From assembly GCA_902774115.1 (NCBI GenBank), contig CACYHH010000001.1:538297-602296 (forward strand): 64,000 nt of DNA, given 5' to 3'. Positions 8,512 through 17,892 of this stretch are shown piece by piece. The notes below the pieces were generated by a model. That model saw nothing but the letters and a program-made list of their open reading frames with translations, searched no databases and was not told where the DNA came from. Both the position numbers and the translations under genes were made by a program. Origin of the DNA: an uncultured Spirochaetales bacterium (GTDB lineage Bacteria > UBP6 > UBA1177). Each line of letters opens with the position of its first letter. Within the stretch, counting starts at the first letter, position 1.

Positions 8512-9204
8512 CTAACCTTCCCTGAAATCGAACTTTTCCAGCTGATCCCAGTTTTTGTTTTCGCACCAGTAAACGGTTCTTTCCGTCACGTCATAAACCA
8601 TGGATACGACCGTCGGGCACACAGTCTGTGAAACTTCCCTGAGTATTGCGAAACAGTCTGCGACATCAAAATCGTCGTTTGCCGCCTCAAGCATGGACAG
8701 AGCTTTCTGATAGCGGTCCCAACCCATCCACGGATGGGTTTCGCTGTCCATTTTGTAAGGCGAAAAGTTCGTCATTACCTTGTACTTCGGCTTCTCGAAA
8801 TACATGCATCCCTGCCCCGGAACTATCTGCAGCAGATTTCCGTCTTTATCGGAAAGAGACGACATGAAGGTGACACCGGGCACGCTGCAAACCCTGCCCG
8901 ATTCAGCGATTTCCTTTATTTCCTGAAGCGTTTTTTTCATAAGAAGAAGGTCGATATCAAGCAGAATAATGTGCTCTTCCCCGCCTACAGGATCGCTACT
9001 TTTGTCAAAAGGCCAGCAGGTCGGCATTCCCACGAAATCACCGCGCGAATTCGCCCCGAAAAGAGGCATCCACCCTTCTTTCGCGTCGTTTATTTCGATA
9101 TATACGCCGGTTTTCTCCTTACGAACGCGGTATTCCATATTGAGAATATCGAGATTCCAGCCGACTATCGTCTTTTTTCTGTTTGAAATGATACTTGTGC
9201 ACAT
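8512..9204 (-). CDS. Ntn-hydrolase, choloylglycine hydrolase/linear amide C-N hydrolase family (short form)
   Basis: The N-terminal Met-Cys (MCTSII...) would be the nucleophile after Met removal, and the GWNLD-type block resembles the family. At 230 aa it is shorter than typical members. Confidence 0.45.
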   Translation of the reverse strand: MCTSIISNRKKTIVGWNLDILNMEYRVRKEKTGVYIEINDAKEGWMPLFGANSRGDFVGMPTCWPFDKSSDPVGGEEHIILLDIDLLLMKKTLQEIKEIAESGRVCSVPGVTFMSSLSDKDGNLLQIVPGQGCMYFEKPKYKVMTNFSPYKMDSETHPWMGWDRYQKALSMLEAANDDFDVADCFAILREVSQTVCPTVVSMVYDVTERTVYWCENKNWDQLEKFDFREG

Positions 9205-9214
9205 AAGTGTAAAT

Positions 9215-9901
9215 CTACTTTGCCCCGTAGATTTTGTAGTAATCCTCTATCCTTGACTTCATTTCATCGTCAATGAGGACTTTGCCGTTAACTTTGCGGC
9301 CGTAGAGGTATTCGACGACTTCCGCCATGTTTACGATGGAGAAGGTTTTCATTCCGAAATCGTCTCGGATCTCATCAAGGGCACTCTTTTCGCCCGTTCC
9401 GCGTTCCATTCTGTTGACCGAGACTGAAAGTGCCGCAAGTTCGATATCGGCTGCCGCTTTGAGGAGCGGAACTGTCTCGCGGATGCTTGTTCCGGCCGTG
9501 GTAACGTCTTCGATTATGAGGACTCTGTCACCTTTCTGAAGTTTGTGGCCGATGAGGTTTCCCCCTTCGCCGTGATCCTTGACCTCTTTTCTGTTGAAGC
9601 AGAAGGAGACATTCTTGCCGAATTTCGAACTGAGAGCAATAGATGCCGAAACTGCAAGCGGGATCCCTTTGTAGGCAGGCCCGAAAAGGACATCGAACTC
9701 CCCTTTTGTGTTTTCCATGATCGATTCGGCGTAAAATTCACCGAGTTTCGCGATCTGCTCGCCCGTTCTGTATTTGCCGGTATTTACGAAAAACGGGGTT
9801 TTTCTGCCGCTTTTTGTGACAAAATCGCCGAAAGTGAGAACTTCGCACGCAACCATAAAATCGATAAAATCATGTTTGTAGTTATTCATATTTACCTCCA
9901 A
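9215..9901 (-). CDS. pyrE: Orotate phosphoribosyltransferase
   Basis: The PRPP-binding motif VLIIEDVTTAGTS and overall PyrE-like sequence, 228 aa. Confidence 0.85.
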   Translation of the reverse strand: MEVNMNNYKHDFIDFMVACEVLTFGDFVTKSGRKTPFFVNTGKYRTGEQIAKLGEFYAESIMENTKGEFDVLFGPAYKGIPLAVSASIALSSKFGKNVSFCFNRKEVKDHGEGGNLIGHKLQKGDRVLIIEDVTTAGTSIRETVPLLKAAADIELAALSVSVNRMERGTGEKSALDEIRDDFGMKTFSIVNMAEVVEYLYGRKVNGKVLIDDEMKSRIEDYYKIYGAK

Positions 9902-9972
9902 TTAAGATCAAACCGGCGGATTATAGCGAAAAGCGGATTTAAAACAAGGGCTGTGAATTTTGGAATCAAGTG
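9902..9972 (-). promoter_or_regulatory. Promoter-like element upstream of pyrE (TTGTTT -N16- TATAAT - CCGCCGGTTT), homologous to 51006-51090
   Basis: Read on the minus strand, TTGTTT and TATAAT are separated by 16 nt, and a GC-rich CCGCCGGTTT follows. It is about 75% identical over ~85 nt to the region upstream of the uvrA-like gene. Confidence 0.5.
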
Positions 9973-10031
9973 ATCCGGCGGCAACCCTCTGTTGCGGAGA
10001 ATTGCCGCCATTTTGTTAAAAAATCTCTAAA

Positions 10032-10595
10032 TTACAGTTTTCTGATGATCCATACAGCCCTCCCGATACATTTTATCGAACTGTTCATGATGATGTCGTT
10101 GTTTTTCTTCGCTGGTTTGTCATTGGTCAGTTTCCCGGAATCTCCGCCGATAAAGCGTTTGAGTACAGTTTTTGATTCGATTTCGAAAAGATAGACAGCC
10201 AGATTTTTCAGTTGTTTGTCCGTGACATCGACTAAAACTTCGTCGCCGATGAGGAAACAAGGTTCCATGTTGTCGCTTGTCACCTTGAAAAGGTGCAGTT
10301 TGCCTTCGTTAATCGAAGAGCCGATCTCGCCTATGAAAGAAGCGGTGTAACAGCCGCCTTTTTCGGCAACTACGGGCGGTTTTTTGTTAAAAACATCTTC
10401 ATCTCCTTCCGCCAGCCATTCGGTTTTCACGCCGAAAATCCTTTCGAGACCGAAAAGCACTTTTGCATTTGCCTGCATTCTGCCAGATTCGATAGCGCAG
10501 AGATAAGCCTGTGAAATTCCAAGACTTTTAGCCATTTCCTTTTGTGTGATCTTTAATTTTTCGCGTACTGTTCTTATTTTGTCGCCGTAATTCAT
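10032..10595 (-). CDS. XRE-family HTH repressor fused to an S24 (LexA/CI-like) self-cleaving peptidase domain
   Basis: The N-terminal HTH is ITQKEMAKSLGISQAYLCAIESG. The C-terminal S24 domain carries a GDSM-like SDNMEP...KRF block. Confidence 0.7.
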   Translation of the reverse strand: MNYGDKIRTVREKLKITQKEMAKSLGISQAYLCAIESGRMQANAKVLFGLERIFGVKTEWLAEGDEDVFNKKPPVVAEKGGCYTASFIGEIGSSINEGKLHLFKVTSDNMEPCFLIGDEVLVDVTDKQLKNLAVYLFEIESKTVLKRFIGGDSGKLTNDKPAKKNNDIIMNSSIKCIGRAVWIIRKL

Positions 10596-10638
10596 TATAA
10601 AATCTCCAAAAAAATTAAATGTAAAAAATGAATTGAAC

Positions 10639-10650
10639 AGCAGCGCTGCT
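10639..10650. promoter_or_regulatory. Perfect 12-bp palindrome AGCAGCGCTGCT, 44 bp upstream of the XRE/S24 repressor start; candidate operator
   Basis: The palindrome is read directly from the sequence. It lies in the 130-bp gap between the gltX stop and the repressor start. Confidence 0.3.
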
Positions 10651-10725
10651 ATCGTTTCTGCAAGATATAAATGTTACAAATGCAAATCAAGATATTTCAA
10701 AACTCTGACAGTGAAAATGAACCGG

Positions 10726-12189
10726 TTACTTTTGAAGAAGTTCGATGCCCTTCTCTATTCTCTTCAGCGAATCCTCTTTGCCGATAATCGCCGCGATGTC
10801 GCTTCCGCCGCCCGGGGTAAGCTCTTTTCCGCTGAGCGCGACGCGCATTGACCAGAGCAGGACTTTTTTGTTGATCCCGGCTTTTTCAGCTATATCGACG
10901 ACTTTGTAGTAAAGTTTCTCGTGATCCCAGTCCTCGAATTTTTCAAGTTCAGGCTTAAGGAGAAGCAGTGCCTGAAGCGAATTTTCCTTGTCGGTCTTCA
11001 TCTTTTTGTTGACGTAAAGTTCTGCCGAATATTCAGGAAGTTCGTCAATGAAATCAAGCTGCGGGATCACGTCGCTGAAGTATTCCGTTCTCTTGTGAAG
11101 CCCTGCCGCGATAACGTCGAAGTTGACATCTTCGCGCTTTACAGCCTGTTTGATGAAGGGCATAGCATGTTTCAGGAACTCGTCCTGCGACATTGCGCGG
11201 ATGTATTCACTGTTGAGCCATCTGAGCTTTACTTCGTCGAAAATGGCGGGAGATTTGCCTATTCCGCTGATATCGAAAGCCTCTATAAGTTCGGGCAGAG
11301 TGAAGATTTCGCGGTCGTTTCCGGGGTTCCAGCCGAGAAGCGCGACATAGTTGAGAAGCGCGTCTTTGAGGCAGCCTTTGTTAATGAAATCGGCGTAGCT
11401 TGCATCTCCGTCACGCTTCGAAAGTTTTCGCTGGGCGTCTCTCATGACGGGCGAAACGTGGACGTAATGCGGCTTTTCCCAGCCGAAAGCGTCGTAAAGC
11501 AGGTTGTATTTCGGGGTCGAGATCAGGTATTCGCTTCCGCGGACGACGTGGGTGATCCCCATGAGGTGGTCATCAACTACGTTTGCGAAGTTGTAAGTCG
11601 GATAACCATCTGATTTTATTAAGATAAGATCATCCATCGTCGAGTTTTCGACTTCGATGTCGCCGTAAACTTCATCGTGGAACGAAGTGGTTCCCGAATC
11701 GGGCATTTTCTGCCTGATGACATAAGGAATTCCGGCATCGAGATTTTTTTGGATCTCCTCTTTCGAAAGGTTGAGGCAGTGCCTGTCGTACTTCGTCTGC
11801 TCGTGGTTCTCCTCGCAGTGCTTTCTGAGGTCGTCAAGACGCTCTTTCGTGCAGAAGCAGCGGTAAGCGTAGCCTTTTTCGATAAGTTCTTCGGCATATT
11901 TCATATAAATTCCGGCAGCCATGCGCTCGCTCTGGACGTACGGACCGTAATCGCCGCCTACATCGGGACCTTCATCGTGGTCGAGCCCTGTTTCAGCCAA
12001 AGTTCTGTAGATCAGATCAACTGCTCCTTCGATTTTTCTTTCCTGATCGGTATCTTCAATTCTGAGAACGAAAGTTCCGTGATTTTTTCTCGCAATAAGC
12101 CACGCATAAAGAGCCGTCCTCAAGTTTCCGACGTGCATGTATCCTGTCGGACTCGGCGCAAATCTTGTTCTCACTTTTTCACTGTTCAT
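10726..12189 (-). CDS. gltX: Glutamate--tRNA ligase
   Basis: The HIGH region is RFAPSPTGYMHVGNLRTALY, with a class I KMSKS-like LSKRDG. 487 aa. Confidence 0.9.
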   Translation of the reverse strand: MNSEKVRTRFAPSPTGYMHVGNLRTALYAWLIARKNHGTFVLRIEDTDQERKIEGAVDLIYRTLAETGLDHDEGPDVGGDYGPYVQSERMAAGIYMKYAEELIEKGYAYRCFCTKERLDDLRKHCEENHEQTKYDRHCLNLSKEEIQKNLDAGIPYVIRQKMPDSGTTSFHDEVYGDIEVENSTMDDLILIKSDGYPTYNFANVVDDHLMGITHVVRGSEYLISTPKYNLLYDAFGWEKPHYVHVSPVMRDAQRKLSKRDGDASYADFINKGCLKDALLNYVALLGWNPGNDREIFTLPELIEAFDISGIGKSPAIFDEVKLRWLNSEYIRAMSQDEFLKHAMPFIKQAVKREDVNFDVIAAGLHKRTEYFSDVIPQLDFIDELPEYSAELYVNKKMKTDKENSLQALLLLKPELEKFEDWDHEKLYYKVVDIAEKAGINKKVLLWSMRVALSGKELTPGGGSDIAAIIGKEDSLKRIEKGIELLQK

Positions 12190-12299
12190 GAATTTCTCCT
12201 AAAAAATCAATCAGTTATCAATCAAAGCATATAAATGCCCTTCAAACGGAGTTGATATTACCCGTTTTTGCAAAAATGTAAAAAAGTCGAATCCGTTCA

Positions 12300-13820
12300 T
12301 CAGAAAAGCTCTTTTCCCGTCATTTCGGCAGGGATTTCGAGCCCCATGATTTTGAGTATCGTCGGCGCGATGTCCGCTAAAATTCCGTTGTGAAGTTCAA
12401 TATTCTTGTAGTTGTAGACTGCGAACGGAACAGGATTTGTGGTGTGTGCCGTGTGCGGAGCTTTAGTCGTTTCGTCAAACATCTGCTCGCTGTTGCCGTG
12501 ATCTGCCGTGAGAATAAGCACTCTACCCTCTTTTTCTACTTTCGCCATGATTTTTCCGACACATTCGTCGATCGCTTCGATCGCCTTGACCGCCGCTTCC
12601 ATGACGCCTGTGTGGCCGACCATGTCGGGATTTGCGAAATTGAGGATGACAAGATCAAATTTTTCAATATTTTCAAGAAGTTGTTCTGTCACTTCGTAAG
12701 CACTCATCTCAGGTTTGAGGTCATAAGTCTGGACTTTCGGAGAGGGAACGAGGATCCGCTCTTCGCCGTCAAAGACAGTCTCTTTTCCGCCGTTGAAAAA
12801 GAAGGTGACGTGGGCGTATTTTTCGGTCTCTGCAATACGGAGCTGCGTCTTTCCGGCCTTTGAAACGACTTCGCCGAGAATGTTTTTGAGTTCTTCATGC
12901 TCGAAAAGTACAGGAAACGGAAAATCTGCGCGGTAGCGTGTCATCGTCGCATACTGGCTGAAGCTGACGCGCTGTTTTCTCATAAATCCGTTGAAGTCGT
13001 CGAAGTTAAGCGCCATCGAGATCTCTCTTGCGCGGTCTGCCCTGAAATTGAAGAAAATAACCGCGTCTTCGTCACGCATGACCCCTTTCGGAAAGCCGCA
13101 GTCGTTCATGATTATCGTCGGACGGACGAATTCGTCGTATTCACCTCTCGCATAAGAGTTGAGGATCGCATCTACCGGAGTTTCAGCACGCAGTCCTAAT
13201 CCCAGTGTAAGCGCGTCGTAAGCCTGCTCAACTCTTTCCCAGCGGTTGTCGCGGTCCATAGCGTAGAATCTGCCCATGACGGTCGCGATTTCGCCGAGCC
13301 CTTCTTTTTTCATCTTTTCGTCAAGCTCTCTGACATAGTTTATCGCGCTCTGAGGCGGGGTATCCCTGCCGTCAAGGAAGCAGTGGACGACGACTTCGAG
13401 TTTGTATCTCTTGCCGAATTCAAGCAGAGCGTAAAGGTGATCCATCGAGCTGTGGACTCCGCCGGGAGAAACCAAGCCCATGAGATGAAGCGTTCCGCCG
13501 TGGATCTTGAGCTCTTTAACAGTCTCCATCAATACTGGATTTTCAAAGAAACTACCGTCTTCTATCGCCTTGTCGATCTTGGTGAGATCCTGATAAACGA
13601 CTCTTCCGGCGCCGATATTGGTGTGACCTACTTCGCTGTTCCCCATCTGCCCTTTCGGAAGACCGACATCAAGTCCGCTTGCCGAGAGCTGACACTTCGG
13701 CGACGAAGCCAGAAGTTTATCGATATTCGGTGTTTTCGCCGTTTTAACAGCATTGAAATCGCTGCTTTCCCTGATCCCGAACCCGTCGAGGATCATCAGC
13801 ATGACTTTTTTGTTTTCCAT
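12300..13820 (-). CDS. gpmI: 2,3-bisphosphoglycerate-independent phosphoglycerate mutase
   Basis: 506 aa. The N-terminus reads MLMILDGFGIRESSDFNAV and the sequence is iPGM-like throughout. Confidence 0.85.
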   Translation of the reverse strand: MENKKVMLMILDGFGIRESSDFNAVKTAKTPNIDKLLASSPKCQLSASGLDVGLPKGQMGNSEVGHTNIGAGRVVYQDLTKIDKAIEDGSFFENPVLMETVKELKIHGGTLHLMGLVSPGGVHSSMDHLYALLEFGKRYKLEVVVHCFLDGRDTPPQSAINYVRELDEKMKKEGLGEIATVMGRFYAMDRDNRWERVEQAYDALTLGLGLRAETPVDAILNSYARGEYDEFVRPTIIMNDCGFPKGVMRDEDAVIFFNFRADRAREISMALNFDDFNGFMRKQRVSFSQYATMTRYRADFPFPVLFEHEELKNILGEVVSKAGKTQLRIAETEKYAHVTFFFNGGKETVFDGEERILVPSPKVQTYDLKPEMSAYEVTEQLLENIEKFDLVILNFANPDMVGHTGVMEAAVKAIEAIDECVGKIMAKVEKEGRVLILTADHGNSEQMFDETTKAPHTAHTTNPVPFAVYNYKNIELHNGILADIAPTILKIMGLEIPAEMTGKELF

Positions 13821-13828
13821 AATTCACC

Positions 13829-15439
13829 TCAATAAATTTTTGATATTTCTGTTTTCGGATAGTATCTCTTCAAAATAAAGCGGAAATCCCTGCCTTTGCG
13901 GCCTAGAGAAACCGCTCCCATCTGGCTCATTCCGACTCCGTGCCCCCAGCCCGCACCTGTAAAGACCCATTCGCCATCATCTTTCCGTGCAAGAAACGCC
14001 GAACTGTATAAATTATCCAATAATTTTCTAATGTTAAGTTCTCCGTAAACCGTGAGTTTTCCCGCGCTTCCGACAAATTCGATTTTGTATATCCTTCCTG
14101 AAACTCCGCGCGACAACGCCCTGATTTCGCTGACATTTCCTATCTTTTTGCGCGAATTGACAAGTTCGTTAAGTTTTTCCTGCGCAAAACGGACTTCCCA
14201 GCGGTGTCTTTTATTCATTTTGATGTTGTCTTCGCCGTAATCGCTTTCGAGAAATTTCTTGAGATCCTCTTCTTTCGAAAGGTCGAGCAAAAGCGGTTCG
14301 TCGCCGTCCCATACGCCGGTCAGATAAGGCTTTTCAGCGGTAAACCAGACGTTTCTGATGTCTTCTGTCCTGCCGCCCGCACTTGAGCAGTAAGGAGCCC
14401 TCGCGACATGCGAGCCGTTGAAAAGAAGCACCTGCCCTTCTGTTTCTTTCACCGCCTGAACAAATTTGGAGTCGATCTTTCCGTTCCAGATAACCTTCTG
14501 GCAGTGGACTTCGCTGCATATGTGCCATATTTCCGAAACATGACGCTTGCCGAGCTGCATGAAAATGTCTGTTCTCGCCGCAACAGCCTGCGCTTTAAGT
14601 GTTTCAAGCGGAGCCGAAAGAAACATTTCTCCGGGAAGTATGCGCTGAAGAATGTTTTCGACTGAATCTTCTATCACAAGTTCCCCTTTTGAGTCTGAAA
14701 GCGGAGTTATAAAATAATTTTTGTCACCCGGATATGAATCGCCGTTTGCCATAAAACCCGCTTTAGGATGAATCAGTATTAAATCCGGACACTTATAGCT
14801 TTTTCCGTCATCGGTTCTGACCTTTATTTCAGATTTTGCATTCGTTTCGTGCACCGGAATCGAAACAATATTGTGGTCAGGGAACATCTCCCTGAATTTA
14901 CTGAGTAATTCTTCAGCTTTTGACTTTTCGAAAAGCTTTTTCGAAGTGATGAAATATTCCCGGTTGTCGATAGTGGATCTGTTTATCGAAAATATCGCGC
15001 CGTGGACAAAAATTTCAGTCTCCATACCGGTTTTAATACTCCAGAGTTTCGACTTTTCGGCATGACTTTTAAGCTCGTTCTGGGCAAGTTCCTGAAAAGC
15101 GATTCTGTATTTAACAACTGCCGGAGTGAAGTTGCCAATCGAAAAAGTGAATGATTTCGCGCTGATCTCGCTGTTTCCGCACTCAAAACTCTTTATATTT
15201 TCAATCTTCGCGCCGTTTTCATAACCCTTTACATGGACTCTGATGTAAGGAATACTGTTCCTGAACGAAAAAGACGCGCTGTGCAGAAAGTCGAACTCCT
15301 GCGATATATCGGCTGAAATACCGGAAACAAGAAAAATCAGAAAGAAAAAGGAAATAAATTTATGCACAACAACCTCAACAAACAAAAAAACCGTGGCAAA
15401 ATAGCACAAACAGAACGCACTTTCAAATGAAATCACCAA
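13829..15439 (-). CDS. SpoIID/LytB domain protein (amidase-enhancer-like)
   Basis: It contains the conserved SpoIID block LETLKAQAVAARTDIF. The true start is probably an internal GTG/ATG ahead of the signal peptide HKFISFFFLIFLVSGISA. Confidence 0.65.
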   Translation of the reverse strand: MVISFESAFCLCYFATVFLFVEVVVHKFISFFFLIFLVSGISADISQEFDFLHSASFSFRNSIPYIRVHVKGYENGAKIENIKSFECGNSEISAKSFTFSIGNFTPAVVKYRIAFQELAQNELKSHAEKSKLWSIKTGMETEIFVHGAIFSINRSTIDNREYFITSKKLFEKSKAEELLSKFREMFPDHNIVSIPVHETNAKSEIKVRTDDGKSYKCPDLILIHPKAGFMANGDSYPGDKNYFITPLSDSKGELVIEDSVENILQRILPGEMFLSAPLETLKAQAVAARTDIFMQLGKRHVSEIWHICSEVHCQKVIWNGKIDSKFVQAVKETEGQVLLFNGSHVARAPYCSSAGGRTEDIRNVWFTAEKPYLTGVWDGDEPLLLDLSKEEDLKKFLESDYGEDNIKMNKRHRWEVRFAQEKLNELVNSRKKIGNVSEIRALSRGVSGRIYKIEFVGSAGKLTVYGELNIRKLLDNLYSSAFLARKDDGEWVFTGAGWGHGVGMSQMGAVSLGRKGRDFRFILKRYYPKTEISKIY

Positions 15440-15541
15440 TTTATTTTATTGTTCGGAATCACAACAGGAATCGAAGCCTTTCTGGAAACGATTTAGATAT
15501 TTTTTTCGTTTTTTTTGTCATTATGCGCAGGTATAAACGAT

Positions 15542-16669
15542 TCAGACGATCTCCCAGTGTCCGTTTTTTCTGCCGCCCGACCGTTTGATCCGGCCTGATA
15601 AACGGAGTTTTTTGACATGATAAAACACGCCGTCTTCGGTTATTTTGAATTTTAGTGCGAGTTCTTTTGTTGTTATGTGAGGATTTTCTTTTATCGCACC
15701 GAAAATCTTTTCCGTAGTCTTTTCCGTAGAAACATAGCTCTTTTCCGTAGTATTTTTTAAGGGCACAACTTCTTTTTCCGTAGTAAATTTGTTCTTTTCC
15801 GTAGTTTCTTCCGAAACTTTTCCGGCATATTTGGCGTAGTCGATATGAGTTTCCCTGTTTTTGAGCTCGTTGTGCTCGTCTAAAAGAAGGTTCCGGAAAA
15901 ATTTTTCGAGAAAAACGGGATTTTCGGAAATTCCTTTCTGGAGATTGGTGTAGTTCGCCCTGACAAGCGCGTTTCTGAAATACCAGCTGTTCTGCGCAAA
16001 GATGTCGTTATCGGCCTTAAAGCCGAGCGAACGCAGATATTTTATCGTGAAAACAGCCGTCGTCCGCGTGTTTCCCTCGCCGAAAGCGTGGATCTGCCAG
16101 AGCCGCGAGACAAAAAAAGTGATGTGGCGGACTATTTCATCCATCGAAAGATTTTTGTAACGGAACTTTTTCTCCTGCATAAAATCGTATTCCAAGGCTG
16201 TTTTCAGCTCAAAAGCTGCGCCGTACATCACGGTGTCGCCGTTCAAAACCCACTCGTTTTTTGTTATGTCGTAGTCGCGGAGCCGCCCTGCGAGCTTGAA
16301 AATCCCATCAAAAAGACGTTTATGAACCGCTATCAGATACGACGGACTGAAATTGAACGAAGGTTCGCTCAGAATCTGTGCGATGCGGCTTGAAACCTTG
16401 TCAGCTTCCTCGGTACGGTTGTCAGGGTTCTGGAGCCTTAAAGATTTGCTTTTGTAATAGGAATTGATGAGACGGCTCACATCATCGAACGAAATCTCGC
16501 CTTCAATGTTGCGTTTTGCCGTCTGGTAAAGGTATTCCGAAGGTTTAAGCCCGTCCACCTGCTGCAGACCGATGGCAGTAGCCCATGCGAAAGTTTTCTC
16601 TTTTTTGTCCGCACCCGTGTGGCGGAGATATTTCTCAAAATCGGCTTCGTAATGACTTTTTTCCGGCAT
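15542..16669 (-). CDS. Fic-family protein with a C-terminal winged-helix domain
   Basis: The Fic active-site motif is a variant, HAFGEGNTR (canonical form HxFx(D/E)GNGR). The C-terminal HTH-like region is ITTKELALKFKITEDGVFYHVKKLRL. Confidence 0.7.
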   Translation of the reverse strand: MPEKSHYEADFEKYLRHTGADKKEKTFAWATAIGLQQVDGLKPSEYLYQTAKRNIEGEISFDDVSRLINSYYKSKSLRLQNPDNRTEEADKVSSRIAQILSEPSFNFSPSYLIAVHKRLFDGIFKLAGRLRDYDITKNEWVLNGDTVMYGAAFELKTALEYDFMQEKKFRYKNLSMDEIVRHITFFVSRLWQIHAFGEGNTRTTAVFTIKYLRSLGFKADNDIFAQNSWYFRNALVRANYTNLQKGISENPVFLEKFFRNLLLDEHNELKNRETHIDYAKYAGKVSEETTEKNKFTTEKEVVPLKNTTEKSYVSTEKTTEKIFGAIKENPHITTKELALKFKITEDGVFYHVKKLRLSGRIKRSGGRKNGHWEIV

Positions 16670-16775
16670 TTTTAAGACCCGTTTTTATCCAAAAATTTCA
16701 AGACATTTCCGAAATGTCACCAAAAACAGAGGATTATACACAATTTTTAGGGAAATGCGAGTATGCCGTTCAAGC

Positions 16776-16985
16776 GAGTGCAACTCCTGCTTCACCTTTC
16801 AGCATTCTCACACTTTCGACAAAATAAGCATAAGCCAATGGATCAACAATGCGAAGATATGAAAAACGCTTCGGTTTCGGAAGATCGACTTTTTCTCCGG
16901 CATAAAGTGAAGCATCTGCGATTTTTGTCAGAGTTTCCCTGCCGGTCAGTATCGAAGCCGCGAGACACTTGTTTTTGACAGCATC
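16776..16985 (-). other. In-frame continuation (69 codons, no start codon of its own) after the TAG stop of the 16986-17696 ORF
   Basis: The reading frame continues in the same phase after the TAG at 16986-16988 and encodes non-low-complexity sequence (DAVKNKCLAASILTGRETLTKIADASLYAGEKVDLPKPKRFSYLRIVDPLAYAYFVESVRMLKGEAGVALA). Confidence 0.4.
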
Positions 16986-17696
16986 CTATTCTCCAATTAA
17001 CTGCTTTATGATCCCAGCTTTTCCTCTCCGTCCCGCGTAACGGTTGATCCTGCGCCTGTCGATCCGATATTTTGTGAGCATATCCTTGAAAATTGACATA
17101 AGTTCGGAAGGGCTGAAAACCGAAGCTATAATTTTTTCCGCCACAATATCAACCAGCATTTTTTCAGCTACGATTTCATGCGGTTTTTCTGCCGAAAGCG
17201 GAGACTGGCTTATCAAATCCAAAACCACAATGCAGTCTTTTGACCAGTATTTTGCAAATTCCTGTTTCCCAGGATTGTAAAGAACCGTTCCCAGAAATTC
17301 GTTTTGAAGAATCGAAAAAACAGATGAACTGACATCCTTTTCAACCTGAACAAATATAGTGTTCTGAGCAATCAAGTGATTCAAAAACTCATTCAAAAGA
17401 ACACTTTCAAAGACAACAAAAGGCAAATTAGGACATTTTTTCTCAAGCACTTTTATTATCTCAAGGCTTTTCTCTGAATAAACCGGATGATATTCACTCA
17501 AATCCAAAGGTTTTGAAATCGAATAGGCATCATAGCCGACATGAAAAAGTTTTCCTTCTTTCAAGCAGTTATAAAGATCCCACCTGAATCCGGCATCGTT
17601 TTCAGAACCTTTTTCAGCACAAAAAAAACAGTATAAATTTTCCCTGTTATAAATTTCCTTTTCGGAAAGTTTTGACAATTCAATCTTTGACGACAT
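16986..17696 (-). CDS. Hypothetical protein (236 aa), possibly truncated by an in-frame amber codon
   Basis: A long ORF upstream of the Fic gene on the same strand. I recognise no family with confidence. Confidence 0.5.
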   Translation of the reverse strand: MSSKIELSKLSEKEIYNRENLYCFFCAEKGSENDAGFRWDLYNCLKEGKLFHVGYDAYSISKPLDLSEYHPVYSEKSLEIIKVLEKKCPNLPFVVFESVLLNEFLNHLIAQNTIFVQVEKDVSSSVFSILQNEFLGTVLYNPGKQEFAKYWSKDCIVVLDLISQSPLSAEKPHEIVAEKMLVDIVAEKIIASVFSPSELMSIFKDMLTKYRIDRRRINRYAGRRGKAGIIKQLIGE

Positions 17697-17892
17697 GACA
17701 TCACCTCGCAGCGTTACGTCAATTTTTTATTTTTTTGACACAGTGCTTTGTGTGCAGATTTTTACCTTGAAAAGCCGTGCTAAAAATTTAAAAATATTAT
17801 TGATTTTTTACAAAAAATCGTTATTGTCCCCTACTTTTTCCGGAATTTGGCCGGTATGTTTTTCACACACGAGTTTTTTTAAGGAGAAAAAA

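Noticed and set aside
8512-8520. Possible third copy of the RhuM-flanking repeat at the right island border (CCTTCCCTGAAATCGAAC)
   Set aside because: The similarity to CCTTGAACGGAAATGGG is too weak (under 60%) to call.
9977-10009. GC-rich hairpin GGCGGCAA-N17-TTGCCGCC after the repressor gene stop
   Set aside because: It could be a terminator for the repressor gene, but on the transcribed (minus) strand it is not followed by a U-tract. I kept it only as a note.
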